DNA from: Deltaproteobacteria bacterium
Lineage (GTDB): Bacteria > Desulfobacterota > Binatia > UTPRO1
Assembly: GCA_020852955.1 (NCBI GenBank)
Contig: JADYZW010000047.1
Span: forward strand, 24,436-88,435
Direction: 5' to 3'
Length of the DNA: 64,000 bases
Shown here: in pieces, positions 18,964 through 30,076 of the stretch
Layout of the letters: the number at the start of each line of letters is the position of its first letter
Numbering within the stretch: position 1 is the stretch's first letter
Notes under the pieces: generated by a model
Seen by the model: only the letters and a program-made list of their open reading frames with translations
Databases searched by the model: none
What the model was told of the DNA's origin: nothing
Position numbers and translations under genes: made by a program

Positions 18964-19692
18964 ATGGGCGCGGGGATCCAGACGAAGATCTTCGAGACCG
19001 GGGAGGCGCTGGCGCGAGCGGTGGCGGAGGATCTCGGCGCGCTCGCCGCGGCGACGGCCTCGACACCGTTCACGATCGCCCTCTCGGGCGGCTCGACGCC
19101 GAAGCGCCTCTACGAGATCCTCGCCGCCTCTCCCTTCCGCGAGCGGGTGCCGTGGACCAGGGTCGAGCTCTTCTTCGGCGACGAGCGTCGCGTTCCTCCC
19201 GAGCACCCCGACTCGAACTTCGGCATGGCGAAGCGCGCGCTCCTCGACCACGTCCCGGCCAAGGCGCACCGCATGCGCGCCGAGCACGACGACGCCGACG
19301 GCTATGCGCGCCTCCTCGGCGAGCGCATCGCGCGGCGGCGGAACGACGCGCCCGTGCTCGACGTCGTGCTGCTCGGCCTCGGGGAAGACGGTCACACCGC
19401 GTCGCTGTTTCCGGGAACCGCCGCGCTCGGCGAGCGCCGGCGCTGGGTCGTGATGAACGACGTCCCGCAGCTCCGCACGCGCCGCATGACCCTCACCTAC
19501 CCCGTGCTGAACGCTGCCGACCGCGTCTGGGTGCTCTCGGCCGGCGCGGGCAAGCGCCCCATGGTCGCCGCGTGCCTCGCGGCGGCGGCGCGCGGCGACG
19601 AGCCGCCGCCGCACCCCGTCCTCGGCGTCCGGCCGACCGACGGCGAGCTCGTCTGGTTCCTCGACAAAGCGGCCGCGGGGCCGACGGCCTGA
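18964..19692 (+). CDS. pgl: 6-phosphogluconolactonase
   Basis: Motifs IALSGGSTPKRLYE, FFGDERRVPPEHPDSNF and LLGLGEDGHTASLFPG. Confidence 0.88.
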   Translation: MGAGIQTKIFETGEALARAVAEDLGALAAATASTPFTIALSGGSTPKRLYEILAASPFRERVPWTRVELFFGDERRVPPEHPDSNFGMAKRALLDHVPAKAHRMRAEHDDADGYARLLGERIARRRNDAPVLDVVLLGLGEDGHTASLFPGTAALGERRRWVVMNDVPQLRTRRMTLTYPVLNAADRVWVLSAGAGKRPMVAACLAAAARGDEPPPHPVLGVRPTDGELVWFLDKAAAGPTA

Positions 19693-19733
19693 CGGCCGGG
19701 CGACGGCCGCACGGCCGAGAAAGGCAGTCGCGC

Positions 19734-21141
<1,408 letters not shown>

Positions 21142-21167
<26 letters not shown>

Positions 21168-22143
21168 CATCGGCGGCACCAACTCGCGCCTCGCGCTCTA
21201 CCAGACTGGAGCGGACGGGCTGACGCTCGTCCGCGGCGCGACGTTCCCGAGCCGCGACCACGCCGGCCTCGAGGAGGTGATCGCCCGCTTCCTCGCCGAA
21301 GCCTCGGCGCCGCCCGTCGCCGCCGCCGCGTTCGGCGTCGCGGGGCCGGTGGTCGACGACGCCGTCGTCGCCACCAACCTCCCGTGGCACATCCGGAGCG
21401 CGGCGCTGCGCGCGCGCCTCGGCACGCCCCTCGTGCGGCTGCTCAACGACCTCGAGGCGACGGCCCACGGCGCGCTCGCGCTCGCGCCGGAGAAGCTCCT
21501 CGCGCTGAACGCCGGGGTCGCCCGGCCGGGCAATCGCGCCGTAATCGCCGCGGGCACGGGCCTCGGCCAGGCGCTCCTCTTCTGGGACGGCGCGCGCCAC
21601 GTACCGGTCGCGACCGAGGGCGGCCACGCTGACTTCGCGCCGCGCGACGAGGTCGAGCACGACCTGCTCCGCTGGCTCGAGCGCAAGTACGATGGCCACG
21701 TCTCCTACGAGCGTGCGGTCTCGGGGCACGGGCTCGCCAACATCTTCGCGTTCCTGGACGAGCACTGCCGGATGCCGGTCGCCGACGAAACGCGCCGTCG
21801 CCTCCAGCACGAGGACCCGGCGGCCGTGATCGGCGAGCTCGGCGTCGCCGGCGCGTGCGGCACCGCCGTCGCGGCGGTCGAACGCTTCGTCTCGATCTAC
21901 GGCGCGCAGGCCGGAAACCTCGCGCTCACCGTCATGGCAACGAGCGGCGTCTACGTCGGCGGCGGCATCGTCAACAAGCTGCTGTCGGCCATGACGGGCG
22001 GCGCCTTCATGCGCGCCTTCGTCGCCAAGGGACGCTACGAACGGCTCGTGCGCGAGATCCCGGTGTGGATCATCCGCGAGCCGAACGCCGGGCTGTACGG
22101 CGCGGCGCACGTCGCCGCGGCGCTCCTGCACGCCCGAGCGTGA
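21142..22143 (+). CDS. glk: Glucokinase
   Basis: It has the MTTHVLAGDIGGTNSRLAL ATP-binding N-terminus and a ROK-less Glk family layout. It overlaps the gnd 3' end by 26 nt. Confidence 0.85.
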
Positions 22144-22456
22144 CGCGGCGACGGCGACGGAAACGCGGGGAATCGAACGAGACAGTGCCGGCGCAGAGGT
22201 TCCCGATGAACGGGGACGCGGCGCTGGCGAATGCCGCCCATCTCGATGACGGGCGTTCCCAGTGCTAGTGTTCTGGCCGAGTCGATGCGTCAACAGCGGC
22301 ACGACGCGCCTTCTCTCACCGGTGGATCGACATGACGCGCGCTATCGGACGTTCGCCTCTCTCCTGGCGTTTGCCACGGCGTCCGGGCTCGGATCGCAAG
22401 GAATGTCTCGAGTGGCCTGATCCGCTGCAGTCAACCGAGCGATGGGGAGACTCACC

Positions 22457-24001
22457 ATGAGCGACGCAAACGGCGAACTCGCCGGGCCAGACCTCTGCAA
22501 AGGGGTCCCGTTTTCGGCGCTCGCGGAATCGGTGCCGTTGCTCGGCCACGCGCAAGGCGAGCCGACGATCGTCGTGCGTCGCGGCAAGGATCTGTTCGCG
22601 ATCGGGGCCGTCTGTACCCACTACAGCGGCCCGCTCGCCGAAGGGCTGGTCGATGGCGACACGGTGCGCTGCCCGTGGCATCACGCCTGCTTCAGCCTGC
22701 GCACCGGGGAGGCCCTGCGCGCACCGGCACTCGATCCGGTGTCGTGCCGGCACGTCGAATTGCGCGACGGCACGGTCTACGTCGGCGACCGGATCGCAGC
22801 GGCGGCACCACCGCGGGCGCGCGCCGCGGGCAACGCCCCGACGCCCAAGGCGGTCGTGATCGTCGGCGGCGGCGCGGCCGGCAACGCCGCGGCCGAGACG
22901 CTGCGGCGCGAACGCTTCGAGGGCAGCATCACGCTGCTGAGCGCCGACGACTCGCCGCCTTGCGACCGGCCCAATCTGTCGAAGAGCTACCTCGCCGGAA
23001 CGGCGCGGGAAGACTGGATTCCGCTGCGCAGTGCCGAGTTCTATCGCGAGCAACGCATCGACCTGCGGCTCGGCACGCGCGTCGCGAACATCGACGTTCC
23101 GAGGCGCGAAGTGGTGCTCGAAGACGGCACGCGCCACGGCTACGACGCGCTGCTGCTCGCCACCGGCGCCGATCCGGTGCGGCTTTCGGTGCCGGGGTCC
23201 GATCTCCCGCACGTCCACCGGCTGCGCAGCTGGGCCGACAGCCGCGCGCTCGCCACCGCGGCAGCCAAGGCCAAGCGCGCGGTCGTCATCGGCGCGAGCT
23301 TCATCGGGCTCGAAGTCGCCGCGTCGCTGCGGGCACGGGGCATCGACGTCGATGTCGTCGGCCGCGAGACAGTGCTGATGGAGCGCGTGCTGGGCGCCGA
23401 GGTCGGCGCCTTTCTGCTCGCGCTGCATCAGGAGCACGGCGTGCGCGTTCATCTGGGCGCGACGCCCGCGTCGATCGACGAACGAGCGGTGCGGCTTGCA
23501 AGCGGCATGTCGCTCGCCTGCGATCTGGTCGTCGTCGGCGTCGGCGTGCGCCCGGCACTCGAACTTGCCGAGCGCGCCGGGCTTGCGATCGATCGCGGCG
23601 TCAGGGTCGACCGTTACCTCGCGACGAGCGTTCCCGGCATCTACGCGGCGGGCGACATCGCGCGCTGGCCGGATCGCCTGAGCGGCGAGCCGATCCGCGT
23701 CGAGCACTGGGTCGTCGCCGAGCGCGCCGGCCAGACCGCCGCGCGCAACATGCTCGGCCGGCGGGAGGCGTTCGACCACGTGCCGTTCTTCTGGACCGAG
23801 CAGTACGACTTCGTGCTCGGCTACGTCGGGCACGCCGAGCGCTTCGACCGCGTCGAGATCGACGGCTCACTCGCGGCACGCGATTGCACGCTGCGCTACA
23901 GCCGCGGCGGCAAGACGCTTGCCGTCGCCGTCGTGCGGCGCGACCTGGAGGGGCTGCGCAGCGAAGTCGAGTTCGAACGCGCGATCGCCGCCAGCAGCTG
24001 A
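22457..24001 (+). CDS. Rieske [2Fe-2S] domain fused to an FAD-dependent pyridine-nucleotide-disulfide (ferredoxin-reductase-like) oxidoreductase
   Basis: Start re-called at ATG 22457 (ggggag RBS). The Rieske motif is CTHYSGPL...CPWHHACF, followed by the VVIVGGGAAGNAAAE FAD fold, the VVIGASFIGLEVAA NAD fold and AAGDIARW. Confidence 0.8.
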   Translation: MSDANGELAGPDLCKGVPFSALAESVPLLGHAQGEPTIVVRRGKDLFAIGAVCTHYSGPLAEGLVDGDTVRCPWHHACFSLRTGEALRAPALDPVSCRHVELRDGTVYVGDRIAAAAPPRARAAGNAPTPKAVVIVGGGAAGNAAAETLRRERFEGSITLLSADDSPPCDRPNLSKSYLAGTAREDWIPLRSAEFYREQRIDLRLGTRVANIDVPRREVVLEDGTRHGYDALLLATGADPVRLSVPGSDLPHVHRLRSWADSRALATAAAKAKRAVVIGASFIGLEVAASLRARGIDVDVVGRETVLMERVLGAEVGAFLLALHQEHGVRVHLGATPASIDERAVRLASGMSLACDLVVVGVGVRPALELAERAGLAIDRGVRVDRYLATSVPGIYAAGDIARWPDRLSGEPIRVEHWVVAERAGQTAARNMLGRREAFDHVPFFWTEQYDFVLGYVGHAERFDRVEIDGSLAARDCTLRYSRGGKTLAVAVVRRDLEGLRSEVEFERAIAASS

Positions 24002-24037
24002 CCGCGCCCACCCGTTGCGAAACATGAGGAGAAGATC

Positions 24038-24391
24038 GTGGACAAGCACATGTACCCCGAGGCATCGATCGAACTGCACCGCCAGCGCCAGGCGCTCGCA
24101 CCCGAAATCGGGGCCGCGTTCAAGGCGTTCAGCAACGCGGTGTTCGCCGACGGCGCGCTGTCGGCGAAGACGAAGGATCTGATCGCGGTCGCCGTCGCCC
24201 ACGTCACGCAGTGCCCGTATTGCATCCGCGGCCACACCGCGAGCGCGTTGCGCAGGGGCGCGACGCAGCAGGAGATCATGGAGGCCATCTGGGTCGCCGC
24301 CGAGATGCGCGCCGGCGGGGCGTACGCGCATTCGAACCTGGCGCTCGACGCGATGAACCAGTTCGCGGCGAAGACGACCGGCGCCGACTGA
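24038..24391 (+). CDS. Carboxymuconolactone decarboxylase / AhpD-like alkylhydroperoxidase family protein
   Basis: 117 aa with the core motif [14 protein letters not shown] (CxxC-containing AhpD-type helix). Confidence 0.8.
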   Translation: MDKHMYPEASIELHRQRQALAPEIGAAFKAFSNAVFADGALSAKTKDLIAVAVAHVTQCPYCIRGHTASALRRGATQQEIMEAIWVAAEMRAGGAYAHSNLALDAMNQFAAKTTGAD

Positions 24392-24577
24392 AGCCACGTC
24401 TACCACCCCCGCCCGTTCGTTCGCGTCAGCCACGGTCTCTACGCCCCGAACCCCGCCCTCGACGTCGGCGATCACGACGAATGGGACCTGATCGCCGACC
24501 TCAGGGGGCTGCCGCAGCTGTTCGCGACCACCGGCCTCGAACGCTCCCGGAGCGGCGATCCGTCGCCATGCCGGGCG

Positions 24578-26053
24578 TCAGAAGCGGAAGATTGCCTGCA
24601 TCCTGGCGAGCAGGCGGCGCGCCCTGCCCTCGTTGCTTTCCGTCGCCACGCTCTGGCCGCGGCGCTCGCGGAGCTCGCTCTGCCGGGTCGCCAGAATGCG
24701 GCTCACCGCGGCCGCGACGCTCGGCCGGGTCTTGAAGAGGGCCTCGAACCCGGCCCGCGCGACGATCAGGAGCTCCGCGTCGCCCCTGGCGCGGACCGTC
24801 GCCGAGCGCGCCTCTCCCGTGAGGAGCGCCATCTCTCCGAAGAACGCCGGCGCGCGGAGATCGGCGACGTGGGTCTCGTGGCCAGCGGCGCCCCGCGCGA
24901 CGACCTCCACGGTTCCCCGCCGCAGCACGAAGAAGGCGTCACCGGCATCGCCCTCGCGACAGATGACCTCGTCCCGGCCGAACGCGGCCTCCCGGACGTC
25001 CGGCCGCAGCATGCCGAGCGCCGCGTCGTCGAGCTCCGCCAGGAAGTCGACCTGCCGGAGGGCCGCGAGGCGCTGCTCCTGGGCGCGCGCGTCCGGGTCC
25101 CGCTGCGGCGCCGCTTCGTGCAGGTAGACGTTCCGGATCGGGAACGGAATCTCCATGTCGTGGCGGCGAAGCGCGTACCAGAGCCTGCTCATGATCGCGT
25201 CGCGGACCGCGGGCTGACGCGTGTAGTCGCGGATCCAGAACCGGATCCGATACTTGATCGCAGAGTCGCCGTAGTCCACCACCTCCGCCGTCGCCGGCGG
25301 CGTCGCGACGACGTCGGGCACGCCGCGCAGCACCTCGACGATGACCTCCTTCACCTCGTTCGGCGGAATCGCGTACGCGACGCCGACGAAGAGCTCGTCG
25401 CCGATGGCCTCGCCCCGGAAGTTGCGTACGACCTCGCGCGCGAGGAACGCGTTCGGGACGTCGAGGATCTCGAGGTTGCGGGTGACGATCGACGTCGAGC
25501 GCCACCCGATGCCCTGCACCCGGCCGACGTTGCCACCGAAGCCGATCCAGTCGCCCGGCTCGAAGGGCTTCTGCATCTGCAGCGACAGGCCGCTGAAGAC
25601 GTTGCCGAGCGTCTCCTGGAGCGCGAGGCCGATCACCGCGGTCACGATCGCGGAGGTCGTGAGGAGGCCGGAGACGTCGACGTCCACCGAGTGCAGCACC
25701 GCGAGGATGACCACGGCGTAGACCAGGAGCGTCGCGAGGTCGCGGAAGATCGTCGAGAAGTGCGCCTGGCGGCGGCGCATGACGAGGTCGGCGGTCACGG
25801 CGATGCCGCGCACGACCGCGAACGACACGGCGGCGATCGCCAGCACGAACGCGACGTTGGCCGGCCGCGACGCCAGCCACGGCATGACGGCCTCGACGAC
25901 GGTCGCGGCGACGAGGCACCAGAGCGCGCCCCCGAACCGCCGGAAGGCCGGCTGATCCCGCCCGAGCCACCACCCCCCCACCAGGATCAGAGCTCCCGCG
26001 AGCCACAGGGCGGATGTCACGAGCGGTGAGCTGAGCGTCGCAGCGTCCATCAC
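24578..26053 (-). CDS. MscS-family mechanosensitive channel with C-terminal cyclic-nucleotide-binding domain
   Basis: N-terminal TM helices are followed by an MscS beta-domain (FEPGDWIGFGGNVGRVQGIGWRSTSIVTRNLEILDVPN). The C-terminal CNB domain reads FFVLRRGTVEV...FFGEMALLTGEARSATVRA. Confidence 0.85.
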   Translation of the reverse strand: MMDAATLSSPLVTSALWLAGALILVGGWWLGRDQPAFRRFGGALWCLVAATVVEAVMPWLASRPANVAFVLAIAAVSFAVVRGIAVTADLVMRRRQAHFSTIFRDLATLLVYAVVILAVLHSVDVDVSGLLTTSAIVTAVIGLALQETLGNVFSGLSLQMQKPFEPGDWIGFGGNVGRVQGIGWRSTSIVTRNLEILDVPNAFLAREVVRNFRGEAIGDELFVGVAYAIPPNEVKEVIVEVLRGVPDVVATPPATAEVVDYGDSAIKYRIRFWIRDYTRQPAVRDAIMSRLWYALRRHDMEIPFPIRNVYLHEAAPQRDPDARAQEQRLAALRQVDFLAELDDAALGMLRPDVREAAFGRDEVICREGDAGDAFFVLRRGTVEVVARGAAGHETHVADLRAPAFFGEMALLTGEARSATVRARGDAELLIVARAGFEALFKTRPSVAAAVSRILATRQSELRERRGQSVATESNEGRARRLLARMQAIFRF

Positions 26054-26137
26054 GCCTGTCGGGTCGACGGCGCGGCACTATGCAGAAGGCGCCGCGCGCC
26101 TGTCAAATCATCCGCCCGCGTGCTAGCCCTGCGGACC

Positions 26138-27019
26138 ATGGCGGACGCGCCGATCACCGTCATCTTCGCCGACATCAGCGGCAGCACCATGCTCTGCGCG
26201 GTGCGGGGCGACGAGACCGCCTACAAGCTGGTCTCGACCTGCCTGAGCACGCTCGAAGCCGAGGTCGAGCGCTTCAACGGCCGCGTGATCAAGCGGGTCG
26301 GCGACGCCATCCTCGCCATCTTCGACGCTGCCGAGCCGGCGGTGCACGCGGCGCACGCGATGCAGGTCGCGCTTGAGGCCCCCGGCAGCGAGGTCCACGC
26401 CGAGGGCGTCCGCGTCCGGGTCGGCATCGCGACCGGCACAGCCGTCCTCGACGCGGGCGACATCTACGGCGACGTCGTCAACGTCGCCGCCCGACTCACC
26501 TCGCTCGCCGGCGCGGACGAGGTGTTCATGGCCGGCGAGACCTACGAAGGGATCCCGGCGTCGATGAAGGACAACGTCCGCGTCATCGACCAGCTCGCGC
26601 TCCGCGGCCGTCCCGACTGGGTGCTCGTCTACCAGTACCTCTGGAAGCAGGAAGGCGCGACGGTCAGCACGACCGTCCGCCCGCGCGGCTACACGGCGGC
26701 GCTCGAGGTCGCCTACCGCGGCGAGAAGTACGCCCTCGGCCCGTCGCGTCCGAAGCTCACGGTCGGCCGCGATCCCGACAACGACATCAGCATCGACGAG
26801 ACGGTCGTTTCGCGCCATCACTGCGAGGTGGTGCTGCGCGGCGACAAGTTCCTGCTGGTCGATCGCAGCACGAACGGCACCTGGGTGCTGACCGACGGCG
26901 GCGACACGTTCCGCGTGACCCGCGAGGAGATCACCCTCGCCGGCAGCGGCCGAATCCTGCCGGGACGTCAGAATCTGGAACCCCTGCGCTATAGAGTCGG
27001 GCCGCAAACCCCGGCGTGA
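26138..27019 (+). CDS. Class III adenylate/guanylate cyclase fused to an FHA domain
   Basis: The cyclase core is ITVIFADISGST...RVIKRVGDAILAIFD...VRVGIATG. The C-terminal FHA is LTVGRDPDNDISIDETVVSRHHCEVVLRGDKFLLVDRSTNGTWV. The start could instead be GTG 26120. Confidence 0.85.
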   Translation: MADAPITVIFADISGSTMLCAVRGDETAYKLVSTCLSTLEAEVERFNGRVIKRVGDAILAIFDAAEPAVHAAHAMQVALEAPGSEVHAEGVRVRVGIATGTAVLDAGDIYGDVVNVAARLTSLAGADEVFMAGETYEGIPASMKDNVRVIDQLALRGRPDWVLVYQYLWKQEGATVSTTVRPRGYTAALEVAYRGEKYALGPSRPKLTVGRDPDNDISIDETVVSRHHCEVVLRGDKFLLVDRSTNGTWVLTDGGDTFRVTREEITLAGSGRILPGRQNLEPLRYRVGPQTPA

Positions 27020-27094
27020 TCCCGGCCGCGTCACGCCCGCTTCGCGAACCCGCGTTGCGCGAACGTGGGTCGATATGGGACAACGGTGGAGTTC

Positions 27095-27799
27095 ATGGTG
27101 GTCGTGGGTGACGTGCTGTCGGATCGCGGGCTCCGCCGCGAGCTGAACGAGGACGCGTACGCGTACGAGCCCGCGCTCGATCTCTTCCTGGTCGCGGACG
27201 GCATGGGCGGCCACGCCGCGGGCGAGATCGCGAGCCGCACGGCCGCCGAGACGATCACGACCAAGCTCCAGGAGCTCCTGGCCGACGACGATCTGACCCC
27301 GTTCCGCGACGCCGACGGCAAGCCCTGCGTCGGAGCCCGCCGGCTGGTGATCGCGGTCGAATGCGCCAACGACGCCATCTTCCGGACGGCCGCGAGCAAC
27401 CCGAGCCAGCGCGGCATGGGAACCACGGTCGCCGCCCTGCACTTCGCCGACGGGTTCGCGAACCTCTGCCACGTCGGCGACAGCCGCATCTACCGCATCC
27501 GCAACGGCGCCATCGAGCGCCTCACGGAGGACCACGCGATCGCGGCGAACGTCCTCTCCCGCGCGCTCGGCGCCGAGCCGATGGTCGAGGCGAGCTGGCG
27601 GGTCGAGCCGGTTCGTCCCGGCGAGTGCTTCGTCCTCTGCACCGACGGCGTCCATGGCCAGGTGAAGGACGAGGAGATGCTCGAGATCGTCGAGCGCAAC
27701 GGCGACGATTTCGGCGCCGCCTGCCGCGAGCTGATCGCCCTCGCCAACGACCGCGGCGGCCGCGACAACTCGACCGCCCTCGTCGTCGGCGTCCGCTGA
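27095..27799 (+). CDS. PP2C-family Ser/Thr protein phosphatase
   Basis: Motifs SDRGLRRELNEDAY, FLVADGMGGHAAGEIAS, LCTDGV and GGRDNSTALVV. The start could instead be GTG 27065. Confidence 0.88.
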   Translation: MVVVGDVLSDRGLRRELNEDAYAYEPALDLFLVADGMGGHAAGEIASRTAAETITTKLQELLADDDLTPFRDADGKPCVGARRLVIAVECANDAIFRTAASNPSQRGMGTTVAALHFADGFANLCHVGDSRIYRIRNGAIERLTEDHAIAANVLSRALGAEPMVEASWRVEPVRPGECFVLCTDGVHGQVKDEEMLEIVERNGDDFGAACRELIALANDRGGRDNSTALVVGVR

Positions 27800-27823
27800 C
27801 CGGCGCCGTCCGCCCCGAACGAG

Positions 27824-29155
27824 CTACCTCGTGGGCGCCCGAGCGCGCGGCGCCTCTCTGCCGAAGATCGCCTCGATGGTGATCTCCTTGCGCCGAGCAT
27901 CCCGCAGCACATGGTCCTTGCTGGTGTCGTGGTACAGGTGGCAGAGCATGCAGCTCGTGCCCGCCGACCGCGTCTCGCCGTCGATGTGGCAGCGCTGGCA
28001 GACGTCCTTCATCGGGAGGTTCACGTCGGCGGTCTCGGCGCTCTCGCGCACGTCGGGATGGCAGTGCTCGCACTTCAGGAGGTCGTGCGCCCGGTGCGAG
28101 AACTCGCCCCGTACGAGCCAGCGCGTCGGGATCATGGTCGGCTCGATCTCGGGGAGATCCCCCGGCGCGTGCGTGCCCTCCTCGTCGTGGCACAAGAAAC
28201 AGTACTTGTTGGCGTCGAGGAGCGACGAGGCGCCGTCGCCGAGGTTCGGGTCGAGTGGCTGATAGAGCTTGGCCTCGGCCTTGGCGAGTGCGCTCTTCGG
28301 GTTGGTCGGGTCGATAAAGGCGGCCAGCGAGACCGAGGCGTCGAGCGGGTCGCGGCGGACGCGGCCCGGGAGGCCCGGATCGGTCGAGCCGAAGATGCCG
28401 TCGGGGTTGTTCACGGCCGCGAAGAGAAGCTTCGCCTTCAGATCCTCGCGCACGACGTCGGGCGCCTCGTGCACCGCCTCGACCGACGAGTCCGGACCGA
28501 GCCCCGACTGCGCATGGCACTTCTTGCAATGCCGCTCGAAATCGATCGGCAGCATCAGCGCGCCGTCCTTCGCGGGCACGTGGCACTCGACGCACGAGAG
28601 CGTGTCGTCGGGATCGATCTTGGTGCTCGACAGATGGATCTCGTGATCGAAGCGGATCGCGGCTTCGTCGCGACGCCCGGCGCGGAGCGCCCCGAACTCC
28701 GGGTGGTCGGCGAAGGTCCGGACCGAACGCCGGATCTCGGGCTGCTCGCGCGTCGACGCAAGCTCGCCGTGGCACTCGACGCAGCTCGCGTTCGCGACGG
28801 CGAGGAACACGCCGGTGGCTCGATGCTCGACGTGACACGCCGCGCAGTCCGGCGTCTCCACCTCGGACTTCGCGTGCGTACGGTCGGTATGACAGCCGAG
28901 ACACGCCTCGGTCGGAACCCCGGCGTACGCGGCATGGCAGGTTTCGCAGCGGTCGCCGAAGCTCGCGTGCCCCTGCGACACGGGTCCCGGCAGGTACTGG
29001 CGCTGCTTCGTGCCGGCGTGGAGCCCCCACCACGCGAGGCCGCCGATCGCGACGAACAGCACCCCCACGAGCCAGTACCAGCGCCGGAAGAAGTCGGGAC
29101 GCGGGAAGAGGTCGAAGCGGAGGCGTTTCGCGAGGTCTTTGCTGTTCCGGACCAC
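27824..29155 (-). CDS. Membrane-anchored decahaem c-type cytochrome (class III/c3-like)
   Basis: One N-terminal TM helix (WYWLVGVLFVAIGGLAWWGL) followed by ten CxxCH motifs: CETCH, CLGCH, CAACH, CVECH, CVECH, CKKCH, CFLCH, CEHCH, CQRCH, CMLCH. Confidence 0.85.
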   Translation of the reverse strand: MVRNSKDLAKRLRFDLFPRPDFFRRWYWLVGVLFVAIGGLAWWGLHAGTKQRQYLPGPVSQGHASFGDRCETCHAAYAGVPTEACLGCHTDRTHAKSEVETPDCAACHVEHRATGVFLAVANASCVECHGELASTREQPEIRRSVRTFADHPEFGALRAGRRDEAAIRFDHEIHLSSTKIDPDDTLSCVECHVPAKDGALMLPIDFERHCKKCHAQSGLGPDSSVEAVHEAPDVVREDLKAKLLFAAVNNPDGIFGSTDPGLPGRVRRDPLDASVSLAAFIDPTNPKSALAKAEAKLYQPLDPNLGDGASSLLDANKYCFLCHDEEGTHAPGDLPEIEPTMIPTRWLVRGEFSHRAHDLLKCEHCHPDVRESAETADVNLPMKDVCQRCHIDGETRSAGTSCMLCHLYHDTSKDHVLRDARRKEITIEAIFGREAPRARAPTR

Positions 29156-29167
29156 CGGTACACCGAC

Positions 29168-30076
29168 TCAGTACTTGAGCGCCATGACGATGTGGAACGC
29201 CGCGAGCACGAAGAGCGCGAACGAGAGCGGCGCGTGGACGAAGAGCCAACCGTGCAGCACGTCGTGCAGGCGGCGCTGCACCGCGAGCTGGTGTGACTCC
29301 TCGCAGATGGCCGCGAGGCGCTCGAGCTTCGGGGCCCACTCCCCGGGCGCCCGCACGACGAGGGTGCGGATGTCGGGCGGGTTGGTGCGCGTGCGGGCGT
29401 CGCGCAGGAGGTACGGGCGGATCTCGCGTAGGTAAACGTCCCTGAGCAGCGCGGCCTCGGGCACGGGATCAGTCACCGGGGGCTTCCGCGCCACGGCCTT
29501 CCAGTTGCCCGGGCGCGTCTGCAGGGCGGCCTGCTCGGCGGCGAGCCGGGCCTGCTCCTCGGCGGCCTCGGGGACGACGCCGGCCAGGCTCGCGACGAGC
29601 TCGTACGCGTCGGTCGCGAGCCCCTCGCGCACGTGGTCCATCTGACCGACGAGCGTCTCGAGCGGCACGCGCTCGGTCATGATCCCCGGCAGGTACTGCT
29701 GCAGCGCCAGCCCGAAGAGGCCGCTCACCGTAACGACCGCGAACAGCGCCATGAGCGTCGTCGTGAGGGCGCCGCCGAGCCGGAGGCCGGCGTGGAAGAG
29801 GATCAGCGGCACGGCGAGGAGGCCGAGCCAGACGTGCATCTGCATCCAGACGCGCGCCGGCCCGATCCGCCACGTGCGAACCTTCTTCCGCCCCGCGAGG
29901 AGGCCGGCGAGCAGCATCGCGAGCGTCCCGAGGACGCCGTACGCGAGCCCGGGCCAGCTGCCTCCCGACGCACCGTACGGGCTCGCCGCTACGTAGAGGC
30001 GGTAGCTCACCGCGCCGGCGATCGTCGCGACGATCGTGAACGCGAGCCAGCCGCGGTGGTCCCTGTTGAGCCTCAT
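29168..30076 (-). CDS. Five-TM membrane protein with two H-x13-H pairs (putative dihaem b-type cytochrome)
   Basis: Start re-called at ATG 30076, overlapping the upstream stop (ATGA). TM3 reads HVWLGLLAVPLILFH and TM5 reads HAPLSFALFVLAAFH. A helical soluble insert of about 140 aa lies between TM4 and TM5. Confidence 0.7.
   Translation of the reverse strand: MRLNRDHRGWLAFTIVATIAGAVSYRLYVAASPYGASGGSWPGLAYGVLGTLAMLLAGLLAGRKKVRTWRIGPARVWMQMHVWLGLLAVPLILFHAGLRLGGALTTTLMALFAVVTVSGLFGLALQQYLPGIMTERVPLETLVGQMDHVREGLATDAYELVASLAGVVPEAAEEQARLAAEQAALQTRPGNWKAVARKPPVTDPVPEAALLRDVYLREIRPYLLRDARTRTNPPDIRTLVVRAPGEWAPKLERLAAICEESHQLAVQRRLHDVLHGWLFVHAPLSFALFVLAAFHIVMALKY

Noticed and set aside
24392-24577. 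A coding-looking frame in the gap after the AhpD-like gene (…VSHGLYAPNPALDVGDHDEWDLIADLRGLPQLFATTGLERS…), possibly a gene remnant.
   Set aside because: It has no start codon context and no recognisable family, and it is too short to judge by eye. I leave it unannotated; tblastn/blastx would be needed.
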